From the NCBI GenBank assembly GCA_964371885.1, contig CAYJOY010000002.1, forward strand, positions 1 through 26,418: a DNA stretch of 26,418 bases, written 5' to 3'. The DNA is from an uncultured Lentimicrobiaceae bacterium. GTDB lineage: Bacteria > Bacteroidota > Bacteroidia > Bacteroidales > WCHB1-69. The translations under genes and the position numbers were made by a program. How positions within the stretch are numbered: position 1 is the stretch's first letter; every line of letters begins with the position of its first letter. This document shows, piece after piece, positions 1 through 8,340 of this stretch. Under the pieces are notes generated by a model. It was not told where the DNA came from and did not search any database. It worked only from the letters and a program-made list of their open reading frames with translations.

Positions 1-198
1 AAGCTGGCAGCAAAAGCCAAAGAATCTAATCCCTATCTGTTTAAAACGCTGAAATATCAAAAGTTTGATTTTTCTAGGACTTTTGGTGATAATAATCGTC
101 TCACACCTGGTACCGCGGAAGAGGCATACGATTACTGGACGGATAATAGCCACGTTCTAAAAGTAAAGGAGATAGAGCAGTTTTTTCGGGAGGTATAA
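1..198 (+). CDS. 3' end of an unidentified protein (partial, runs off the window edge)
   Basis: Frame +1 is open from base 1 to TAA at 196-198 (KLAAKAKESNPYLFKTLKYQKFDFSRTFGDNNRLTPGTAEEAYDYWTDNSHVLKVKEIEQFFREV*). It is missing from the ORF track because its start lies outside the window. No family recognised. Confidence 0.6.
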   Translation, partial: KLAAKAKESNPYLFKTLKYQKFDFSRTFGDNNRLTPGTAEEAYDYWTDNSHVLKVKEIEQFFREV

Positions 199-220
199 AT
201 CTACTTAATGCACCCACCCT

Positions 221-334
221 CTGATTCACCATAGTGGTCTTTCCCACCTGACGTGGTCCCACTATCACTTGAATAAACCTTTGTGGCTCATTCATTCTTG
301 ATGTAAAATTTTGTAAATAAGCTATTTCTATCAT
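221..334 (-). pseudogene. Truncated N-terminus of an AAA+ ATPase (AAA_14/DUF4143-type)
   Basis: MIE...EPQRFIQVIVGPRQVGKTTMVNQ carries the GPRQVGKT Walker A typical of this family. Resemblance stops right after it, and the rest of ORF 101-334 is antisense to the + strand gene end. Confidence 0.8.
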
Positions 335-342
335 ATCTAAAC

Positions 343-377
343 ATTTTACTCAATGTATTGAGTAAAATTACTCAATA
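343..377. promoter_or_regulatory. Overlapping inverted repeats (putative operator) upstream of the AAA ATPase remnant
   Basis: ATTTTACTCAAT-gt-ATTGAGTAAAAT (perfect 12-bp IR, 343-368) overlaps TATTGAGTAA-aa-TTACTCAATA (10-bp IR, 356-377). Confidence 0.6.
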
Positions 378-446
378 AACATAGTTATTCTTTTTTAATT
401 ATTGTAATGGAATGCTAACCTTCCAATAATCAACTAAAACCGCTGG

Positions 447-454
447 CAAAAATA
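447..454 (-). promoter_or_regulatory. Bacteroidota -7 promoter element for the AAA ATPase remnant
   Basis: TATTTTTG on the minus strand matches TAnnTTTG, ~110 bp upstream of the ATG at 334. Confidence 0.4.
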
Positions 455-612
455 CAATTATTTTTGATACAATTAGTATGATAGGTTCTAATAAAATAGA
501 TCTTGGGGTGAGGTGATTAATTTAAGATTTTTTTTCTACAATACCCATAATACAAATTGCGTTACATTAGCCAAATGATGAATCTTTAAAGAAAACAAAA
601 AATCAATACACC

Positions 613-1386
613 ATGAAGAGAGTACACATTATTTATTTCAGTGCTATGGGTACTACCAAAAAAATTGCAGAGGCTATTGCCAAGGGGCTTGGTGCAAACG
701 AGACGGCATATCACTCGTTAATGCAAGCTAGCACAGAGCACGTTGTAATTGGGAAAGAGGAGGTGGCCGTTATAGCCGTTCCGGTATATTCGGGGCGCGT
801 GCCGGCAGTGGCGGCGGAGCGTTTGCAGCGCTTTAAGAGCGAGGGGGCGCGTGCGGTGATAGCGGTAGCGTATGGCAATCGTGCGGTGGAGGATGCCCTT
901 ATTGAGCTGAACGATATAGCTACCCACAACGGCTTTGTAGTAGTATCGGCTGGAGAGTTTATTGGAGAACATTCTATATTTCCTAAGGTGGCCACTTCGC
1001 GCCCTAATACCGTCGATTTAACACTTGCAGAAGAGCTTGGGCGTAAGAGTGTTACAATTACAATACCACTGGCAACTATTCCAGGAAACCAACCGTATAG
1101 AGCCATCGACAACATCCCTTTGGCGCCAAAAACAGTAAAAAGCAAGTGTGTTAAGGCGGTGAAAAAGGATAAGGATTTGTGCGGCATCTGCGCTGAAAAG
1201 TGTCCCGTTAAAGCCATTGGCACCCCAAAACCAAGTACCAATAGCAAACTCTGCATTAAATGTGGCCATTGCATTGCAGTTTGCCCCTACGATGCCCGCG
1301 CGTATAGTGGTCCTTTATATTGGCTTGCAGGACGCATATTTGTAAAACAAAACTTACAGCCTAAAGAGTCGAAGTTGTATTGGTAG
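613..1386 (+). CDS. Flavodoxin-like / 2x[4Fe-4S] ferredoxin protein (EFR1-like)
   Basis: N-terminal YFSAMGTT flavodoxin-like loop, PVYSGRVP and YGNR motifs. C-terminal C-x10-CxxCxxxCP and CxxCxxCxxxCP. Confidence 0.85.
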   Translation: MKRVHIIYFSAMGTTKKIAEAIAKGLGANETAYHSLMQASTEHVVIGKEEVAVIAVPVYSGRVPAVAAERLQRFKSEGARAVIAVAYGNRAVEDALIELNDIATHNGFVVVSAGEFIGEHSIFPKVATSRPNTVDLTLAEELGRKSVTITIPLATIPGNQPYRAIDNIPLAPKTVKSKCVKAVKKDKDLCGICAEKCPVKAIGTPKPSTNSKLCIKCGHCIAVCPYDARAYSGPLYWLAGRIFVKQNLQPKESKLYW

Positions 1387-1435
1387 TGGCTACTTTTTTA
1401 AGAAACATAAAAATCACTTTTTAAAAATAAAAATT

Positions 1436-1852
1436 ATGAAAAAAATGAAAACTTTATTAATTGCAGTACTAGCAGTTATTGCAACGGGGGTACTTTTTAC
1501 AAATTGCACCAGAAACACCCCAAGTGCAGTGGCAGAGAAGTATTTCGAAGCATGGATTAATACCGATTATGACACGATGATGGCATTATCGATAGAATCG
1601 GAAGTTGACAAAATTGAGAAGATAAAAGAAGCTGCCGATGGCACTGACGAGGAGAAACTTGGGATTATGGAAGAGATTAGAAAATCTGAACGCGAATATG
1701 GCGAGGCTGTTATCGACCCTAAAGATGAGAACAAAGCTTCGGTTGTTGTTACATTAACGAACCCAGAGGCCGAAGAGGAAGCCTCAACCTTAACCATAAA
1801 GCTTTTAAAAGAAAACGATGCTTGGAAAGTGAAAAATATAGATGCTAAATAA
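1436..1852 (+). CDS. Putative lipoprotein (DUF4878/NTF2-like)
   Basis: Signal peptide ending LFTN-C, followed by TPSAVAEKYFEA and a C-terminal LLKENDAWKV typical of DUF4878. Confidence 0.7.
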   Translation: MKKMKTLLIAVLAVIATGVLFTNCTRNTPSAVAEKYFEAWINTDYDTMMALSIESEVDKIEKIKEAADGTDEEKLGIMEEIRKSEREYGEAVIDPKDENKASVVVTLTNPEAEEEASTLTIKLLKENDAWKVKNIDAK

Positions 1853-2483
1853 AAAAGCGGTCTATATTATTGTAAGTGTTACTGTTGTTACTCTGATAGC
1901 AGCAGTAGCATCTTTTCTCATTTTCGCAACAAAGGAACCCATCGCAACACGCGCCCCTTATCTATTTTCTAAAGAGGAGATGAGCCAGATTAAATCTGGC
2001 GACATCATTCTTCGGCATGGCTACGGAGCCGTGAGTCTGTTGGTAGAACAAGTGGCTGGCAACCACCGTGTTTCGCACTGTGGCATGTTGTTAAAAGAAG
2101 GTACTACCCTCTCTGTTATTCACGCCATCTCATCGAATTATGCTCAAAAAGATGGTGTGCAAACCTGTCCATTTCAAGAATTTTCCTCCGATGCGCGCCC
2201 CAATTCGCTGGTGGTGCTGCGCCCAAAGGTTGCTAATCCAGATACGCTTATTGCTGTAGCTCAACATTATGTAACAGAAAACGCCCCCTTCGATCTGCAA
2301 TTCTCAATGGAGACAAAAGATGAGATTTATTGTACCGAATTGTTCTACTATATTTTTAAAGAAGCGGCTAATATAGAGTTGTACGATGCTCAAAATCCCG
2401 ACCACTCTTTCGCCTTTTTCTTCGATACCACATTGTTTCAAATGGTTATCGATCACCGAAAAAATGATACTATCTCGTTATAA
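1842..2483 (+). CDS. Permuted papain-like NlpC/P60 (YiiX/YebB family) cysteine hydrolase
   Basis: GDIILR, SHCGM (His) before YCTEL (Cys), which is the permuted order. N-terminal membrane anchor; overlaps the upstream gene by 11 nt. Confidence 0.8.
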   Translation: MLNKKAVYIIVSVTVVTLIAAVASFLIFATKEPIATRAPYLFSKEEMSQIKSGDIILRHGYGAVSLLVEQVAGNHRVSHCGMLLKEGTTLSVIHAISSNYAQKDGVQTCPFQEFSSDARPNSLVVLRPKVANPDTLIAVAQHYVTENAPFDLQFSMETKDEIYCTELFYYIFKEAANIELYDAQNPDHSFAFFFDTTLFQMVIDHRKNDTISL

Positions 2484-2500
2484 AAATGTTCTGTATTTCT

Positions 2501-3700
2501 CTATTTTTCTGATTGTTCCCAACAAATCATCAGCCAAGTTTCTACCGCAATTGCCAATGCTTGCTCATCGATGGAGAAGGTGGTAGTGTGGAGGTTTGAT
2601 ACAATGTTTCGCGCGCTATTTCCGGTTCCTACCCTAAAAAAAGTGCCTGGCACCCGTTGCAAAAAATAGCTGAAATCTTCGGCAGTTGTTCGCAGCGGTA
2701 ACAAACAGATATTTTCATCGCCCCAGTAGCTTTTTGCCATATTAATGATGTTTCGAGTTACCTCTTCATCGTTTTCTAGCACCGGATATCCATCTATAAT
2801 GTTTACCATGCACGTAGCACCATATTGGGCAGCGGTTTGCTGAGCAATGGTGGCAATTTGCTGTTTTGTTGCGGTTCTCTTCTCTTCATTAAAGAGTCGC
2901 AGTGTACCCGATACGCTCGCCCTATCTGGAATCACATTGTTGGAATTTCCAGCTACAAATTTCCCAAAATTGAGGACAAATGGGGAGTCGTTCCCCTTAT
3001 TATTCTCCTTATTATTAATCTCTTGAAACTGCATCATAATGTCCGATGCTACCATAATGGGGTTAACGGTTTCTTGAGGCATAGCGGCATGTCCCCCTTT
3101 GCCCACCACCTCAAGGTGTATCTCGTCGGTAGATGCCATATAGTTACCGGGGCAAAATCCTAATTTTCCAACTTCCATCTTAGGCTCAGCATGCAATCCA
3201 AAAATAAGATCTACCTTTGGATTCTCTAACACCCCTTCATCAATCATAAACATGGCTCCCCCTTCGTAGCGCTCCTCCGAGGGTTGGAAGATCCCCTTGA
3301 TAGTTCCTGAGAAAAGATGACGATTATTTTGCAAAATAATGAGTGCTCCCAACAGTGCGGCACAATGAAAGTCGTGGCCACACGCGTGCATTACACCATG
3401 GTTGAGCGAGCGGCAACTATTACTCTCCGACTCCTCAATGGGTAAGGCGTCCATATCGGCGCGTAAGGCAATTACCTTAGCAGAGGCACTGTTTCCTTTC
3501 GTTCCAACTACCTCAGCAAGAATGCCGTAACCATTTATGCGAGACCGATATTGAATACCGTACTGTTGTAGTTTCTCTTCAATAAAGTGTGCGGTTTCTT
3601 TCTCCTCACCCGACAGCTCTGGGTGTTGATGAAGCCAACGATAAATATAAAGAAGTTCGGGTTGCAAACTGGCAACTAAATCAGATAGCAATCGTTTCAT
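2501..3700 (-). CDS. M20D family amidohydrolase
   Basis: LHQHPELSGEE, RADMDALP, MHACGHD, FQPSEE, GGHAAMP, AEDFSY and LH motifs. Confidence 0.92.
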   Translation of the reverse strand: MKRLLSDLVASLQPELLYIYRWLHQHPELSGEEKETAHFIEEKLQQYGIQYRSRINGYGILAEVVGTKGNSASAKVIALRADMDALPIEESESNSCRSLNHGVMHACGHDFHCAALLGALIILQNNRHLFSGTIKGIFQPSEERYEGGAMFMIDEGVLENPKVDLIFGLHAEPKMEVGKLGFCPGNYMASTDEIHLEVVGKGGHAAMPQETVNPIMVASDIMMQFQEINNKENNKGNDSPFVLNFGKFVAGNSNNVIPDRASVSGTLRLFNEEKRTATKQQIATIAQQTAAQYGATCMVNIIDGYPVLENDEEVTRNIINMAKSYWGDENICLLPLRTTAEDFSYFLQRVPGTFFRVGTGNSARNIVSNLHTTTFSIDEQALAIAVETWLMICWEQSEK

Positions 3701-3754
3701 TGTAATAACAGCTATTGTTGTTCTCTTTTTTGCTTAGATGTGAGTGGCTGCTCA

Positions 3755-4351
3755 TTAAAAGTTGAGGGAGAGCCCTATTCCATTATCCCCGCTGAGGTGG
3801 AGCGAAGTTGTTTCGTTAATATTTAACAACTTCCCGGCTCTATACACTAAGTCCCAGCCACGGATAGCGAAGAATATGGCAGCACCTGCCGACAATCCCG
3901 CTGCGGTGTAACACAGTCCTCTCACTGTTGAATTATTTTTGGCAAGAAAGTGCCCCGTAGCCCAAAAGCCTGTCCCTGCCAATCCCAAAGCGGTTGCCCA
4001 ATAGGCACTTTTTGCCGCTTTTTTCAGATAAAGACCCGCGGTTTTACGCTTAGAGGAGATGTCGAACTCTACAAAATCGGTCCCTTCAAAACGGTATTGC
4101 TCGTATGAAGTCATCTCTCTATAGCAACGAATGGTATCTAAAATATGGGTTAAAGGCAAAGCGGTAACAGAAAAACCGTTGTCTATTAGAATATTACTTT
4201 CATCGGTTCTTAAAATTTTACAATACACCGTATCGGTATAAGTCGATTCTGTGTTTAGCGAAATCACCACACGATCAATACATGTTTGTTGTGCGTATGC
4301 AAAGAACCCTCCGCCTACAATCAGAAGTAGTACAAATAATAATCTTTTCAT
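3755..4351 (-). CDS. Hypothetical exported/membrane protein
   Basis: Signal peptide (AYA-Q), two Gly/Ala-rich hydrophobic segments, C-terminal GIGLSLNF. Confidence 0.7.
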   Translation of the reverse strand: MKRLLFVLLLIVGGGFFAYAQQTCIDRVVISLNTESTYTDTVYCKILRTDESNILIDNGFSVTALPLTHILDTIRCYREMTSYEQYRFEGTDFVEFDISSKRKTAGLYLKKAAKSAYWATALGLAGTGFWATGHFLAKNNSTVRGLCYTAAGLSAGAAIFFAIRGWDLVYRAGKLLNINETTSLHLSGDNGIGLSLNF

Positions 4352-4414
4352 CTTTCAATTTTTTTTTTGACTGCTAGCTTTTGGCTATTGCCTGTTTAAC
4401 CATTTATTAATTAC

Positions 4415-4461
4415 AAAAAAAAGAGGTTACACCTATCCTATTAGTAATGTGTAACCTCTTT
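4415..4461 (-). terminator. Intrinsic terminator after methylmalonyl-CoA mutase
   Basis: 13-bp perfect stem AAAGAGGTTACAC (4420-4432) / GTGTAACCTCTTT (4449-4461) ending in a T-run on the minus strand, 11 nt after the stop codon. Confidence 0.8.
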
Positions 4462-4472
4462 CAATTATTGTA

Positions 4473-6617
4473 TTATGCTTCTAATATTTCAATAATTTTG
4501 ATAGCACAATCGCTAATTATAGATCCTGGGCCGAAGATAGCTGCGGCACCTGCTTGATATAGGTAATCGTAATCTTGCGGTGGAATAACTCCCCCTACAA
4601 TTACCATAATATCTTCGCGTCCTAATTTTTTCAGTTCTTCAATTACTTGAGGCACTAGGGTTTTATGACCTGCGGCTAGTGAAGAAACGCCGAGTACATG
4701 CACGTCGTTTTCCACAGCTTGTTTTGCTGCTTCTGCTGGTGTTTGAAATAATGGTCCCATATCTACGTCGAAGCCAATATCTGCATACCCTGTAGATACT
4801 ACTTTCGCACCACGGTCGTGCCCCTCTTGTCCCATTTTAGCAATCATAATACGAGGACGCCGCCCTTCTGTTTTCGCGCAAGCATCAACCATTGCACATG
4901 CTTTTTTAAACTGTGCATTATCTTTTTGTTCTGAACTATACACCCCTGTAATTAAATTAATTTTTGCTTTATAACGACCAAACACTTGTTCTAGCGCGTC
5001 TGATATTTCCCCTAACGAGGCACGTTTGCGGGCAGCGTCTACTGCTAAGGCCAACAAGTTACCTTCGCCTCCATTGGCACATTTGGTCAGTGCTTCTAAT
5101 GCTGCTGTAACCTCTTCTTGATTTCTATTAGCGCGAAGATCTGCTAAACGTTTAATTTGCGCCTCGCGAACAGCAGTATTATCAACCTCTAATGTTTCAA
5201 TAGGGTCTTCTTTTTCTAGTCTATATTTGTTAACACCCACTATCGATTCTACGCCAGAGTCGATACGTGCTTGTTTTCTAGCCGCCGCCTCTTCAATACG
5301 CATTTTAGGGATTCCCGTTTCTATAGCTTTGGCCATACCTCCCAACGATTCAATCTCTTCAATATGTTTCCAAGCTCTTTCAGCAATAAGGTTGGTTAAT
5401 GTTTCTACATAATAAGAGCCCGCCCATGGGTCAACCGCGCGACACACTTGCGTCTCTTCTTGAATATATATTTGTGTATTACGTGCAATACGAGCCGAGA
5501 AATCGGTAGGAAGTGCAATAGCTTCATCTAATGCATTGGTGTGTAACGACTGGGTATGACCTAATGCGGCACCCATGGCTTCGATACATGTTCTGGCTAC
5601 ATTATTAAATGGATCTTGCTCTGTTAACGACCATCCAGATGTTTGGCTGTGGGTACGTAATGCCAACGATTTTGGATTTTTAGGGTTGAATTGTTTTACT
5701 ATTTTCGCCCATAACATTCTCGCTGCACGCATTTTTGCAATTTCCATAAAGTGGTTCATTCCAATAGCCCAGAAGAAAGACAAGCGTGGTGCAAAATCGT
5801 CGATATTCATCCCAGCATTTACACCAGCGCGAAGGTACTCTAACCCGTCGGCAAGGGTGTAAGCTAACTCTATATCGCAAGTGGCACCCGCTTCTTGCAT
5901 GTGGTAACCCGAAATAGAGATAGAGTTGAACTTCGGCATATTTTTAGAGGTGAACTCAAAAATATCGGCAATAATTTTCATAGATGGCAATGGTGGATAA
6001 ATGTAGGTATTACGCACCATAAACTCTTTCAAAATATCGTTTTGGATGGTTCCTGCTAATTTTTCCATAGGAACACCTTGCTCTTCGGCCGCCAAGATAT
6101 AGAATGCTAATACCGGAAGTACAGCACCATTCATGGTCATAGATACCGACATTTGGTCGAGTGGAATTTGATCGAATAATATTTTCATATCGAGGATAGA
6201 ATCGACGGCTACCCCAGCCTTTCCTACGTCGCCTACAACACGGCTGTGATCAGAGTCGTAGCCACGGAGCGTTGCTAAGTCGAAAGCAATAGAAAGCCCT
6301 TTCTGCCCTGCTGCTAAATTTCTACGATAAAAAGCATTCGACTCCTCAGCCGTTGAAAACCCCGCATACTGACGAATTGTCCAAGGTTTTTGAACGTACA
6401 TCGTTGAATAAGGACCACGAAGATATGGAGGCAAACCCGCCGCATAGTTCAGATGTTCCATCCCATCAAGATCGTTTTTAGCGTACACAGGCTTAATAGC
6501 AATTTGCTCCGCTGTTAAATAATTAGTGTCAATTTTATTCTCTTTCGCCCATTCTGCAAAAGATTGTTCGCTTTTCGTAACATTCTTTGGATTAATATTA
6601 CTGAAGTCAGGTCTCAT
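4473..6617 (-). CDS. scpA: Methylmalonyl-CoA mutase, catalytic (large) subunit
   Basis: [34 protein letters not shown] and a C-terminal B12 domain [17 protein letters not shown]...GVSSL...GG. Confidence 0.96.
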   Translation of the reverse strand: MRPDFSNINPKNVTKSEQSFAEWAKENKIDTNYLTAEQIAIKPVYAKNDLDGMEHLNYAAGLPPYLRGPYSTMYVQKPWTIRQYAGFSTAEESNAFYRRNLAAGQKGLSIAFDLATLRGYDSDHSRVVGDVGKAGVAVDSILDMKILFDQIPLDQMSVSMTMNGAVLPVLAFYILAAEEQGVPMEKLAGTIQNDILKEFMVRNTYIYPPLPSMKIIADIFEFTSKNMPKFNSISISGYHMQEAGATCDIELAYTLADGLEYLRAGVNAGMNIDDFAPRLSFFWAIGMNHFMEIAKMRAARMLWAKIVKQFNPKNPKSLALRTHSQTSGWSLTEQDPFNNVARTCIEAMGAALGHTQSLHTNALDEAIALPTDFSARIARNTQIYIQEETQVCRAVDPWAGSYYVETLTNLIAERAWKHIEEIESLGGMAKAIETGIPKMRIEEAAARKQARIDSGVESIVGVNKYRLEKEDPIETLEVDNTAVREAQIKRLADLRANRNQEEVTAALEALTKCANGGEGNLLALAVDAARKRASLGEISDALEQVFGRYKAKINLITGVYSSEQKDNAQFKKACAMVDACAKTEGRRPRIMIAKMGQEGHDRGAKVVSTGYADIGFDVDMGPLFQTPAEAAKQAVENDVHVLGVSSLAAGHKTLVPQVIEELKKLGREDIMVIVGGVIPPQDYDYLYQAGAAAIFGPGSIISDCAIKIIEILEA

Positions 6618-6683
6618 AATATATTGATTTTGTTAATGATAACAGATTTATTGTTCTACTTTGTTTGTTTATTTTATAACCTG

Positions 6684-6691
6684 CAAATGTA
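6684..6691 (-). promoter_or_regulatory. -7 promoter element for the mutase gene
   Basis: TACATTTG on the minus strand (TAnnTTTG), ~65 bp upstream of the ATG. Confidence 0.55.
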
Positions 6692-6783
6692 AACTTTTTT
6701 TCTTTGCAAAACCTACACTATGCAATTAGGATACTTTGAAAATTGATGCGCAAAAAACGCAATAACACAAAGAAAAAAAATCG

Positions 6784-6791
6784 TATTTTTG
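6784..6791 (+). promoter_or_regulatory. -7 promoter element for cysS-lysS-alr
   Basis: TATTTTTG matches TAnnTTTG, 25 bp upstream of the cysS ATG. Confidence 0.55.
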
Positions 6792-6816
6792 CAGGTTAAT
6801 TTAAAGAGCAAAAAAT

Positions 6817-8280
6817 ATGGTTAACCAAGAGTTATATATCTACAATACTTATCACAAGAAGAAAGAGAAATTTGAATCTATTCACCCTAATCGTGCTGGT
6901 CTTTACGTTTGTGGCCCAACGGTTTATGGCGAGCCCCATTTAGGGCATGCGCGTCCCGCTATCACATTCGACTTGCTGTTTCGCTACCTCCAACACATTG
7001 GCTACAAAGTGCGCTATGTGCGTAACATTACCGATGTGGGGCACCTAGAGAACGATGCTGACGAAGGGGAGGACAAAATTGCGAAAAAAGCGCGCCTCGA
7101 AGAGCTAGAGCCGATGGAAGTGGCGCAATATTATATTGATAGCTACCACAAAGCCATGGATGCGTTGCACGTGCTTCGCCCCTCTATTGAGCCCCGTGCC
7201 TCCGGACATATTATGGAACAAATAGATATGATTCAGGAAATTATAGACAAAGGATTTGCCTACGAGTCGAATGGATCTATTTATTTTGATGTTCATAAAT
7301 TTGATAAAGAGATAGGCTATGGCAAACTTTCGGGACGTATTTTAGAGGACATGATTGCCAACACCCGTGCTTTAGATGGCCAAGATGAAAAACGGAACGC
7401 AGCCGACTTTGCCCTTTGGAAAAAGGCAGCACCAGAACACATTATGCGCTGGAAATCGCCATGGAGTATTGGATTCCCAGGCTGGCATATTGAATGTACA
7501 GCAATGAGTACTAAATATTTAGGCGATAAATTCGATATACACGGAGGAGGCATGGACCTAATATTTCCACACCACGAATCGGAAGTATGCCAATGTACAG
7601 TAGTGCATGGCAACGAAAGTGTAAAATATTGGATGCACAATAATATGATTACCATTAACGGACAAAAAATGGGAAAATCGTTGGGCAACTTCATTACGCT
7701 TAATCAATTTTTTACTGGCGAACATGAGCTATTGCACCGCCTATACTCTCCAATGACCATACGTTTCTTTATTATGCAGGCACATTACCGCGGCACCGTC
7801 GACTTCTCGAATGAAGCATTAATTGCGGCCGAAAAAGGGATGTTGAAATTGAACGCAGCCGAGCAATTGTTAGACAAACTTGTCCCATCGAAACAGTCGG
7901 ATGAGGATATGAATGCTTGGGTGAAAAAATGTTACGACGCTCTTAACGACGACCTTAACACCCCACGCCTTATTGCTGAACTTTTCGATGCAACACGAAT
8001 CATTAACTCAGTAAAAGAGGGACGCATACATTTAACAGAAGAGGATTTAGCATTGCTAAAACGTTACTTCAGAATATTCTATTTCGATATTTTAGGAATG
8101 AAGATCGAAGCCAACAACGGACAAAACGAGAGGGTAGATCAGCTAATGGAGCTTATTTTAACCATCCGCCACGATGCTAAAACGGAAAAAAATTGGGCAC
8201 TCTCCGATGCCATCAGAAATAAACTCACAGAACTCGGTATTACTATTAAAGATACTAAAGAGGGGGCTACTTGGGAGTAA
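6817..8280 (+). CDS. cysS: Cysteine--tRNA ligase
   Basis: [28 protein letters not shown] and KMGKS motifs. Confidence 0.97.
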   Translation: MVNQELYIYNTYHKKKEKFESIHPNRAGLYVCGPTVYGEPHLGHARPAITFDLLFRYLQHIGYKVRYVRNITDVGHLENDADEGEDKIAKKARLEELEPMEVAQYYIDSYHKAMDALHVLRPSIEPRASGHIMEQIDMIQEIIDKGFAYESNGSIYFDVHKFDKEIGYGKLSGRILEDMIANTRALDGQDEKRNAADFALWKKAAPEHIMRWKSPWSIGFPGWHIECTAMSTKYLGDKFDIHGGGMDLIFPHHESEVCQCTVVHGNESVKYWMHNNMITINGQKMGKSLGNFITLNQFFTGEHELLHRLYSPMTIRFFIMQAHYRGTVDFSNEALIAAEKGMLKLNAAEQLLDKLVPSKQSDEDMNAWVKKCYDALNDDLNTPRLIAELFDATRIINSVKEGRIHLTEEDLALLKRYFRIFYFDILGMKIEANNGQNERVDQLMELILTIRHDAKTEKNWALSDAIRNKLTELGITIKDTKEGATWE

Positions 8281-8340
8281 GGCAACCTACGCAACACAAT
8301 GTAATTATTAACGATAAACACCAAAAAACAACAATATATA

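Noticed and set aside
101..220. C-terminal half of the 77-aa minus ORF
   Set aside because: Read-through past the truncation point, antisense to the 1-198 frame; no ATPase similarity.
760..900. Locally GC-rich patch in the flavodoxin-ferredoxin gene
   Set aside because: Explained by Ala/Val/Gly/Arg-rich coding; no boundaries or repeats suggesting foreign DNA.
711..1274. 187-aa antisense ORF and other short antisense ORFs (e.g. 2825-3163, 7317-7694, 16875-17411, 20385-20816)
   Set aside because: Shadow frames of well-supported genes with no recognisable motifs.
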